This document shows positions 1-7,660 of a stretch of 20,000 bases of DNA, one piece after another. Positions within the stretch are counted from its first letter, which is position 1; each line of letters begins with the position of its first letter. Made by a program: the position numbers and the translations under genes. Source of the DNA: Limisphaerales bacterium (GTDB lineage Bacteria > Verrucomicrobiota > Verrucomicrobiia > Limisphaerales > SIBE01); NCBI GenBank assembly GCA_044225505.1, contig JBGAIN010000026.1, forward strand, positions 50,136 to 70,135. The letters are read 5' to 3'. The notes below the pieces were generated by a model. That model ran no database searches, was not told the origin of the DNA, and worked only from the letters and a program-made list of their open reading frames with translations.

Positions 1-1
1 A

Positions 2-649
2 CGACGAGGCGCCGCTCACAGCTGGCTGGCAGCATGCGGCATCAAAATCGTGGAAAGCAGTTTGGACGGTCCCGAGTCCTTCGTAGGTCTCCTTTTGGGG
101 TTTGAATTGAATCGAGTCCGGGAATTGCAGCTCGCGCATCGCGGCATCGGTCAGAAGCAAGTATTGATCGGCGGGAACGGAGTTCTTGAGGAGCCGATGG
201 ACGAGGATGACGTCGACGCCGGCCAACTCATTAAACTGCATAACACGGTGAAAAAGGACTTCGCCGTGGTGCACCACGACCTTTAGTCGGAGCTTTTCAA
301 TGTGGGTGCAAGCATCGCAGGTGCAATGGATCGATCCGCTCAACTCGCGCAGTTTGTCGCCAAACCGCTTGAAGAATTCGAGGAGTTTCTCACTAAGCTG
401 CGCGCGGGTGGTCATCCAAGTCAGCGCATCCGGAATGTGCGGACAAAACAAGAAGACCGCGTCCCCTTCCAGTTTGGCGATTTCCAAAGGAAGTTGGACG
501 CGCTCGAGGATGGCTTTAACGAGTTCCGTGATGATGGTCTGGCTATGGGCCAGGGTTTTGGCGTTGGCGGTCATGTAACGCGTATACCCGCTGATATCCG
601 CGATCATGAGCAACGCGTGTTGCGGCCTCGGAGTTTCCGTCGTATCCAC
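2..649 (-). CDS. DUF2652 domain-containing protein (class III nucleotide cyclase-like), 3' end runs off the window
   Basis: Manual translation from GTG at 649 is open to the window edge: MDTTETPRPQHALLMIADISGYTRYM...ELVKAIL...LEIAKLEGDAVFLF...CTCDACTHIEKLRLKVVVHHGEV...LAGVDVILVHRLLKNSV...YLLLT. The ADISGYT, EGDA, CxCxAC and DVILVHRLLKN motifs are typical of DUF2652. It is absent from the ORF track because it has no stop inside the window. Confidence 0.88.
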   Translation of the reverse strand, partial: MDTTETPRPQHALLMIADISGYTRYMTANAKTLAHSQTIITELVKAILERVQLPLEIAKLEGDAVFLFCPHIPDALTWMTTRAQLSEKLLEFFKRFGDKLRELSGSIHCTCDACTHIEKLRLKVVVHHGEVLFHRVMQFNELAGVDVILVHRLLKNSVPADQYLLLTDAAMRELQFPDSIQFKPQKETYEGLGTVQTAFHDFDAACCQPAVSGASS

Positions 650-733
650 CCCTATCTGTCGATCGCGCCAACATTTCCTGACAGGGGTAGCAAAGACCGT
701 GTAAGGACCTCCTCGCGGCCACGACCCACGGTC

Positions 734-1192
734 ATGAGAAAAGCATTCGTTACTTTCGTCCTCTCTGCATGGGTATGGTCCGTCTTGGCTCAGTCTGCCA
801 CCAAGACTCTAATCAACTTGGACAAATCGGGCGTCGCGATTCAAGGCTATGATCCGGTCGCCTTCTTTACGGATCATCGCCCGGTGAAAGGCGATCCCAA
901 GTTTGTCCTTCGGCACGAGAGTGCGATTTACTACTTCGCTTCGAAAGAACATCGTGACCAATTCAAAGCGGACCCCGCCCGGTATCTGCCGGAGTTTGGG
1001 GGTTACTGCGCTTATGGCGTTTCCAAGAACAAGCTGGTGGAGATCGACGTGAACGCCTTTCAAATCATCGAGGGCAAGCTTCTGCTGCAGTATAGCAAAG
1101 GAGTGCGCAACGATTTTAACAGCGACGCGCCGGGCAACTTGGCCAAAGCGAAGCAGTACTGGCCAGGCCTCGTGGAAAAGAAAGGTAAGTAA
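734..1192 (+). CDS. Secreted YHS domain-containing protein (Cys form of the YHS (seleno)protein family)
   Basis: ATG at 734 gives a signal peptide (MRKAFVTFVLSAWVWSVLA) followed by AIQGYDPVAFF, YYFASKEHRDQFKADPARYLPEFGGYCAYGV and GKLLL motifs. The upstream part of track ORF 302..1192 is the antisense shadow of DUF2652. Confidence 0.88.
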   Translation: MRKAFVTFVLSAWVWSVLAQSATKTLINLDKSGVAIQGYDPVAFFTDHRPVKGDPKFVLRHESAIYYFASKEHRDQFKADPARYLPEFGGYCAYGVSKNKLVEIDVNAFQIIEGKLLLQYSKGVRNDFNSDAPGNLAKAKQYWPGLVEKKGK

Positions 1193-1203
1193 CTCCTCGC
1201 GCT

Positions 1204-1258
1204 GAAGCTACGCTTGCTGCGCAGCCCGGCTTCGCCCGTAAGCTGCGCGCTTGGCTTC
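1204..1258 (+). terminator. Imperfect GC-rich hairpin just after the YHS gene (possible terminator or stabilising stem)
   Basis: Outer stem GAAGCTA/TGGCTTC and inner stem GCGCAGC/GCTGCGC, starting ~12 nt after the stop. There is no clear U-tract. Confidence 0.3.
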
Positions 1259-1583
1259 TCCCGCCGAGTCTCTCCATCTCAGCCTGCCGACGGTTCCCCG
1301 GGAAAACGCCGACGAAGCTAAATGGGGGAATTTCAGATTCAAGGAGTTCTGATCGCGGTTCGACATCGTCGCGGCGCCGTCAATCGAACCGCCCAATCAA
1401 CATTGACAGTCGGAACTCGCTGTAGTACTCCTCACCTCCAGTTCTTGGGCGTCTCAACTCCTCTGTGGCAAATCGATTGTTCCCTGGATCGTTAGGAGTT
1501 GCAAGGGTCGGCAGAAGCACCTTGCTTCCAGAATTGTGCCCCCACGTCGCGCCGCGAAGGATCGCCTCAATCCCCTCCTTACT

Positions 1584-4500
1584 ATGAAGTTCAAAGGTGT
1601 ATCCCTGGGTTGGTTCAGTCTCATCCTCGTCGGTAGCGTTTGCGCCGTACAAGGTGCGAATTTAACCTGGACGAATACGGCCGGAGGACTTTGGGCGGTC
1701 GCATCGAATTGGAGCCCGAACCAGATCCCCAGTGCGGCTGACAACCTGACCATCGCTGCGGCGGGAAACTATACGGTTACGGTGCAGGGAACGCAAAATG
1801 CAGCGCGATTGACTATCGGGGGTGCTGGTTCGTCGCCAACAGTGCGGCTCGAGTCAACGTCGAGCGTCAACACGGCGTTAACGGTGGCGAACACGCTGAC
1901 CAACCTGGGCACGATTGAGATGCTCAACGTCACCGGCGGCGGGGTCGCAACCCTAAACGTCACCGCGGGCGCACTCATCAATGAGACCGGCGCAACCATT
2001 CGGGTGTTACCTGGCTCCGGTGGCACCCGCCAACTGAACGCTCAACTGGATAACCGCGGCACGTTGGAGATCTTGACCAACCTCACTATCAACCGTGGAG
2101 GCGCCAAACATACCAATAGCGGCACGATCAACCTCGCGGGCGGCAATTTAACACTCACTCAGTCCGGAACGGCCCCCAGTTTCACTACCACCGGCTCCAT
2201 AAACATTCCGACCGGCCGAACCAACGTCGTTAGCAACGGCACGTTCAACTATGCCAGCGGCACTATCGGAGGTGGTGGCACGTGGGAACTAAACAACGTC
2301 GTGTTGAACTTGACCCCAGACCTCTCCAACGAATCCACCTTTCTTGACTTGAGCACGACGACCGTCAATGGACCAGGCCGGCTCATCAATGCGGCCGGAC
2401 GAACGCTGACGCTGGCCAATGGAGAGATCAATGCCCCCCTGGACAACCGCGGTGAGTTGAAGGTCCAAGGAGTCGTCCGATTCAATGGTCCGGTGAACGA
2501 TACCCCCGGTGCCCTGCTCAGTGTGCAATCGACTGTCTCGGTCAACACGGCGTTGACGGTCGCGAACTCGCTGACCAACCTGGGCACGATCGAGATCCTC
2601 AACGTCACCGGTGGCGGGGTCGCAACCCTCAACGTCACCGCGGGCGCGCTCGTCAATGAGACCGGCGCTACCATTCGGGTCTTGCCTGGCTCCGGTGGCA
2701 CCCGGCAACTCAACGCTCAGCTGGATAACCGAGGCACGTTGGAGATCTTGACCAACCTCACTATCAACCGCGGAGGCGCCAAACATACCAATAGCGGCAC
2801 GATCAACCTGGCGGGCGGCAATTTAACACTCACTCAGTCCGGAACGGCCCCCAGTTTCACCACGACCGGCTCGATAAACATTCCGGCCGGCCGAACCAAC
2901 GTCGTTAGCAACGGCACGTTCAACTATGCCAGCGGCACTATCGGAGGCGGTGGCACGTGGGAACTAAACAACGTCGTGTTGAACTTGACCCCAGACCTCT
3001 CCAACGAATCCACCTTTCTTGACTTGAGCACCACGACCGTCAATGGACCAGGCCGGCTCATCAATGCGGCCGGACGAACGCTGACGCTGGCCAATGGAGA
3101 GATCAATGCCCCCCTGGACAACCGCGGTGAGATGAAGGTCCAAGGAGTCGTCCGATTCAATGGTCCGGTGAACGATACCCCCGGGGCCCTGCTCAGTGTG
3201 CAATCGACAGTCTCGGTCAATACGGCGTTAACGGTGGCGAACACGCTGACCAACCTGGGCACGATCGAGATCCTCAACGTCACCGGCGGCGGGGTCGCAA
3301 CCCTCAACGTCACCGCGGGCGCACTCGTCAATGAGACCGGCGCAACCATTCGGGTGTTACCTGGCTCCGGTGGCACCCGCCAACTGAACGCCCAGTTGGA
3401 TAACCGCGGCAGCCTGGATGTGGAAGCGCCGTTGACCGTTACAAAAGCGGGTGCCCACCACTCCAATTCGGGAACCATAAATGTGGCAGGTGGCCCACTC
3501 CTGTTCTCGCTCACTGGCTCCACTCCTAGTTTGACCAGTCAGGGACACCTCCTCATTCGCGGCACCAACACCGTGCAAGTTAATAACGGCTCGTTCACCA
3601 ATGCCGCGCCCGGTGTGATTTCCGGAACTGGAACACTCAACATTTCCACGACTGCGTTCAAGGACACAGGGGTCGTCAACCCGGGCGACTCGCTGGGCAC
3701 TTTGACCCTCCTCGGGAATTTCAATCCAACGCCGGAAAGCGAACTTCAAGTGGATCTCGGAGGTTATGAACGCGGAACGAATTACGATCATCTGACGGTG
3801 ACAGGATCTGCGAACCTCACTGGAATCCTGCGCCCCAAGCTGGTGACCGGCTTTCTCCCGAAGAAGGATGACTCCTTTATCATTTTCTCCGCAGCGGCGC
3901 TTACTGGGACGTTCGACCGATTGGAATCGCCCGACACGAATCACGTTGCCTGGGGATTGCTCTACACGAGCACTAACGTGACGTTGGTGGTCTCGAACAC
4001 GTCGCCCATTATTCCCTCGACACTGGGGGACACAAACCTCGATGAAACGATCCCCTGGACGCTCTCAACGGCCGCCGTGGACCACGATACCCCAACGCAG
4101 ACATTGTCCTATCAACTGGTATCTGGACCAGCAGGGATGACATTGGACGCAGCGTCTGGTTTGATCTCCTGGACGCCGACCGAAGCTCAAGGCCCGTCAA
4201 CGAATACCGTAACCGTGAGCGTCACGGACAACGGCACTCCCCCGCTTAGCGACACACGATCGTTCAACGTGATCGTTCATGAGATAAACACTCGCCCCAC
4301 TTTTGTCGCTGCTGCACCCGTCATCGATGAGTCAGTTCCGTGGGAAATGAGTGCTGCCGCCGCTGACTCGGATCTGCCGCAAAATCCTTTGCGCTACGAG
4401 CTCATTTCCGGACCGCCCGGATTAGTATTGGACCCCGCCACGGGAACGATCCGATGGACTCCGAACGAATCTAATGGCCCAGGCACAGAAACGGTCATTT

Positions 4501-5681
4501 TAAAAGTCACGGACACCAACGTTGATGCGTCGGTCGATCGCGAGTTAAGCGCAACCAATACTTTTCAGGTTCGAATCAACGAGGTCAACACCGCACCGGT
4601 GCTGACGCTGCCGGCCGATCAAACGCTCAAAGGTCCAGTGCCTTTCAGCGCCACCGCCACGGCCATCGACAGCGATTTACCGGCCAATCCATTGACTTTC
4701 AGCCTGGTCTCCGGGCCCGCCGGAATGACCGTGACGACGACAGGCCTGATCCAATGGACGCCCGCGACCAGCCAGGTGCCGAGCACCAATACCGTCGTTA
4801 TTCGGGTCACCGATGACAACCCGGGAGCGATCCCCTCGCCGCAACTGAGCGTGACCAACCAGTTTGTTCTGAAGGTCATTCCTGAAAACCACGCTCCGGT
4901 GTTGCCAGACATCTCAACGCAGACGATCGACGAACTGACGGAGTTACGCGTTGTGGCTAGCGCCAATGACACGGATCTCCCTGCCAACCAACTGAGTTAT
5001 ACATTGCTCACCGCACCTGCAGGCGCCCAAGTGGACGCGGACGGAACGATTCGGTGGACCCCGGCCGAGGCTCAGGGCCCAAGCACGAACAGATTCATCC
5101 TCGTGGTTACGGACGACGGCGTTCCTTCGCTCAGTGCCACCAACACCTTCGACGCGGTCGTGCGAGAGGTGAATAGCGCTCCCACCCTAAGTTTGATCAA
5201 CGATCTACAGATCCCAGCGGAATCGGCTTTCTCGCTGCCGCTGAACGCTTCCGATGGAGACCTGCCCACGAATCAGTTGACGTTCGTGCTTCTGGCCAGT
5301 CCCACGGGAGCATCGCTGGATCGCGGTTCAGGGCTATTCACTTGGAAACCAACAGCTCAGGACGAAGGAACCACCAACACTGTGACGGTTCAGGTCAGCG
5401 ATGATGGAAGCCCGAGCCTGAACGACACGCGCACATTTCGGATCCTTGTCAGTTCGACGATCCAAATCACGTCCGTCGAGCACGATTCGTCGAAGGTCAC
5501 TTTGGTCTGGACAGCCGCTCCCGGCCGGACTTACCGCGTGCAATTCAAGAACGAGCTGGAAGAGCCGAACTGGACAGACTTACCCGTCGACGTCACCGCT
5601 ACCAGTGCGACCGCCAGCAAAGAAGATATCACCATTGGAGCTCATCCGCGCCGCTACTATCGCATCCAAGGCCTGCCATAG
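1584..5681 (+). CDS. Large secreted adhesin-like protein: beta-helix/autotransporter-passenger-like repeats, five putative Ig (He_PIG)/cadherin-like repeats and a C-terminal sorting-like domain
   Basis: Signal peptide from ATG 1584 (MKFKGVSLGWFSLILVGSVCAVQG). N-terminal WxxxxGGxWxxxxNWSPxxxP motif, then N/T/G-rich beta-strand repeats and a passenger-end-like segment (VNPGDSLGTLTL..YDHLTVTG..LTGTFD). Five NxxP..DxD..WTP(WKP)..VxD repeats follow, and the protein ends in WTAAPGRTYRVQ..W..RRYYRI. Confidence 0.85.
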   Translation: MKFKGVSLGWFSLILVGSVCAVQGANLTWTNTAGGLWAVASNWSPNQIPSAADNLTIAAAGNYTVTVQGTQNAARLTIGGAGSSPTVRLESTSSVNTALTVANTLTNLGTIEMLNVTGGGVATLNVTAGALINETGATIRVLPGSGGTRQLNAQLDNRGTLEILTNLTINRGGAKHTNSGTINLAGGNLTLTQSGTAPSFTTTGSINIPTGRTNVVSNGTFNYASGTIGGGGTWELNNVVLNLTPDLSNESTFLDLSTTTVNGPGRLINAAGRTLTLANGEINAPLDNRGELKVQGVVRFNGPVNDTPGALLSVQSTVSVNTALTVANSLTNLGTIEILNVTGGGVATLNVTAGALVNETGATIRVLPGSGGTRQLNAQLDNRGTLEILTNLTINRGGAKHTNSGTINLAGGNLTLTQSGTAPSFTTTGSINIPAGRTNVVSNGTFNYASGTIGGGGTWELNNVVLNLTPDLSNESTFLDLSTTTVNGPGRLINAAGRTLTLANGEINAPLDNRGEMKVQGVVRFNGPVNDTPGALLSVQSTVSVNTALTVANTLTNLGTIEILNVTGGGVATLNVTAGALVNETGATIRVLPGSGGTRQLNAQLDNRGSLDVEAPLTVTKAGAHHSNSGTINVAGGPLLFSLTGSTPSLTSQGHLLIRGTNTVQVNNGSFTNAAPGVISGTGTLNISTTAFKDTGVVNPGDSLGTLTLLGNFNPTPESELQVDLGGYERGTNYDHLTVTGSANLTGILRPKLVTGFLPKKDDSFIIFSAAALTGTFDRLESPDTNHVAWGLLYTSTNVTLVVSNTSPIIPSTLGDTNLDETIPWTLSTAAVDHDTPTQTLSYQLVSGPAGMTLDAASGLISWTPTEAQGPSTNTVTVSVTDNGTPPLSDTRSFNVIVHEINTRPTFVAAAPVIDESVPWEMSAAAADSDLPQNPLRYELISGPPGLVLDPATGTIRWTPNESNGPGTETVILKVTDTNVDASVDRELSATNTFQVRINEVNTAPVLTLPADQTLKGPVPFSATATAIDSDLPANPLTFSLVSGPAGMTVTTTGLIQWTPATSQVPSTNTVVIRVTDDNPGAIPSPQLSVTNQFVLKVIPENHAPVLPDISTQTIDELTELRVVASANDTDLPANQLSYTLLTAPAGAQVDADGTIRWTPAEAQGPSTNRFILVVTDDGVPSLSATNTFDAVVREVNSAPTLSLINDLQIPAESAFSLPLNASDGDLPTNQLTFVLLASPTGASLDRGSGLFTWKPTAQDEGTTNTVTVQVSDDGSPSLNDTRTFRILVSSTIQITSVEHDSSKVTLVWTAAPGRTYRVQFKNELEEPNWTDLPVDVTATSATASKEDITIGAHPRRYYRIQGLP
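1866..3410 (+). repeat. Intragenic tandem duplication, 675-bp (225-aa) unit, ~2.3 copies
   Basis: Unit starts (GTCAAYACGGCG) lie at 1866, 2541 and 3216, exactly 675 apart. DNA and protein are nearly identical between copies, and the third copy diverges after ~3410. Confidence 0.95.
3996..5450 (+). repeat. Five diverged ~95-100 aa cadherin-like/He_PIG repeats
   Basis: Repeats begin NTSP (~3996), NTRP (~4287), NTAP (~4587), NHAP (~4887) and NSAP (~5172). Each has D-x-D-(L/T)-P, a (G/A/S)PxG turn, W(T/K)P and V(T/S)D. Confidence 0.85.
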
Positions 5682-5760
5682 GCATAGATTTTCGAGAAGT
5701 TGGAGCCGGTGATGTTAAGTGCCGAGCAGCGGTGTTGAAACCCCGCTCTTGGAATGGGGC

Positions 5761-5934
5761 GTTCAAGCCTCCCTCTTGAACCCAACGCGCCAGGCGTAGG
5801 GAAGTGGAGTGTAATTCCGCGTAGGTAACTTGGCGTTGCCGACAGATCAACGCCGTTTTATTGGCGTGTCGTGCGGCCGCCTGCCTTAACAGTGCAGAAA
5901 GCGCGAACTATTGGCCGCCACCCACGGGAATCAT
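5761..5934 (-). pseudogene. N-terminal fragment of an AMP-binding (acyl-CoA ligase-like) enzyme
   Basis: Reading from ATG 5934 gives MIPVGGGQ*FALSALLRQAAARHANKTALICRQRQVTYAELHSTSLRLARWVQEGGLN, which matches the N-terminus of ANL adenylating enzymes. There is an in-frame TAG at 5910-5908, and similarity stops before the expected GDRV motif. Confidence 0.6.
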
Positions 5935-6009
5935 GCTCCAAGACTAGTGAATAGTCCCGGCGGGACATTTTATGCTGCCGCGGGCAGAATGGGGGGCCGG
6001 CACACTAGT

Positions 6010-6999
6010 TCAGAGGGCAGCAGCCAACGAAACATGCGTCCGTTCCTGAGGCTGCTGGTACTCGGACCGAATGATCGTGCGCATGAACTCCGCAGCGAGC
6101 TGGGCGTTCTTGTGGGCAAATTCAATCCCGACAGTCTGTCCATTGACAATGGGCAACTGGTGGCACAGTTCATAACTAATATAGCCGCGATAGCCAATGC
6201 GATGCATCGCTGTGACAAAATCGCGGTAATACTGGTTCGTGCTCTCCGTCAAGACGCCGTCTTCACGGTGCATCCCGAGAATGCTGCCATCGGGATTTCG
6301 ATCGAACTCACCCCCGAAGTGCGACATGACTTGCATGGACCCTACATCCGCCGCTGCCTGCATCATGGCGGCGGCACTGCGGTCCGGCATCAACGGCGCA
6401 TCGAGGCAGATTTGCAGATGCGGCGAATCCACTTCGCGCACCATGCGGATGACATCGTGGTGGTCCTTAACCAGTGGCTTATGGTTTTGCAGAGCTAACG
6501 TGACACCCATTTCTCCCGCGTAGCGGGCGCATTCAATCAAGCTGTCACGGCACCAACCCCATATTTCGGCTTCGGAAAACTTCGCATGAATTATCGGCCA
6601 ATAGCCCTCGGCGATGTCATACGTCGCGAGTTTGGGATGGCGGGTAATGCCCCACCAGGCCAAAAAGACCCGGAGATGTTTTGCTCCCATATCCGCCGTC
6701 ATACGAATCAGCTCGCGAACGAAACAAATCTGCGCCTCCCGAACCTCTGGCACGGGATTGCTAAAGTCGTTGTTCGCCGCGACTCCCAGAATCTCCACGC
6801 CTTCTCCCTGGGCAAGGCGCCGCAGTTCGTCACACTTGGGCTTCGGCCAATCGAGCGGGTTGGCGTGCGGCCGCTTGCCGTCAAATTCGACGCCGTCGTA
6901 ACCGAAATTCTTAGCTGTGCGAATGACTTCGGGCAAGGTCAGGGCCTCGCCCCGATACCAGCAGCCAAGATATGTGACGCTATAGAGTCCAATTTTCAT
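6010..6999 (-). CDS. Sugar phosphate isomerase/epimerase family protein (xylose isomerase-like / AP_endonuc_2 TIM barrel)
   Basis: MKIGLYS start, AKNFGYDGVE, GAKHLRVF, GVTLALQNH, LQICLD, MSH and IGYRGYISYE motifs; 329 aa. Confidence 0.88.
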   Translation of the reverse strand: MKIGLYSVTYLGCWYRGEALTLPEVIRTAKNFGYDGVEFDGKRPHANPLDWPKPKCDELRRLAQGEGVEILGVAANNDFSNPVPEVREAQICFVRELIRMTADMGAKHLRVFLAWWGITRHPKLATYDIAEGYWPIIHAKFSEAEIWGWCRDSLIECARYAGEMGVTLALQNHKPLVKDHHDVIRMVREVDSPHLQICLDAPLMPDRSAAAMMQAAADVGSMQVMSHFGGEFDRNPDGSILGMHREDGVLTESTNQYYRDFVTAMHRIGYRGYISYELCHQLPIVNGQTVGIEFAHKNAQLAAEFMRTIIRSEYQQPQERTHVSLAAAL

Positions 7000-7660
7000 A
7001 CGATGGATCGAACGAACTTCATTTTACGGCACTCAGAGAATCGACCCGATGCCCCCGTGCCTGATGGACCGAATGCTTAAGTTGGCACGAGCATTTCCAA
7101 TGCTTGATATAAACCACCTTACAGCTCTTGCAAGGCCCAATCCGAGCGCCTGCCCCGTCGCGAATCGAACGGTCGTTCCCCAGGCAATGCAACCCCAGTG
7201 TGAGGTGAAAAATCGGGTCACCAGACACGATCGCAAGTACGATGCCCCAATCCTAACGCCGGAGACAAATCGTAGTCGGTCTTGCCAAGAATCTCATCGG
7301 CGATCGATAGTCCGTCCACGCCAGGATGATCGAGTGCATAATTGGTCAGAAAGGCTCCGTTCACCCACACCCAACGACCTTGGCGATCCTTTACCCAAGC
7401 CAGACTTCTTCCACTAAGTTGAACAACTCTGCCAGATGCGGCACGAAGGGATGGGTTAATTCCGTCACGCGTCCTGACGTTCTAGGGAGAGTCGCGGGTA
7501 GACTCAATCTCGAACCAACTTCCTAGGATCGGATTATCGTCAGCGACGCGAGCTAGAATCCTTCAGCGGGCCGAGCGAGCGAACGTCACCGTGCGATCCT
7601 ACCTCGTGTAACCACGGAGCCGGGCGACCGGTCAATAGCAAGTAAGCTCTATTCTACGCC

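Noticed and set aside
302..733. N-terminal extension of track ORF 302..1192, and ORFs 50..286 and 300..578
   Set aside because: These are antisense shadows of the DUF2652 gene. The YHS signal peptide starts at ATG 734.
995..1020. Selenocysteine in the YHS (seleno)protein motif
   Set aside because: The GGYCAYG codon is TGC (Cys), and there is no in-frame TGA.
1460..1530. c-di-GMP-I riboswitch upstream of the adhesin
   Set aside because: GGCAAA is present, but the GAAA tetraloop and GACGCAAAG consensus are absent. Kept only as a generic structured leader.
1866..3410. Diversity-generating retroelement TR/VR pair
   Set aside because: The repeats are in-frame tandem copies, differences are mostly synonymous and not adenine-specific, and there is no reverse transcriptase in the window.
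7082..7098. Sigma-54 promoter TTGGCACGAGCATTTCC
   Set aside because: The -24 element is good, but the conserved -12 GC is missing (TTTC instead of TTGC).
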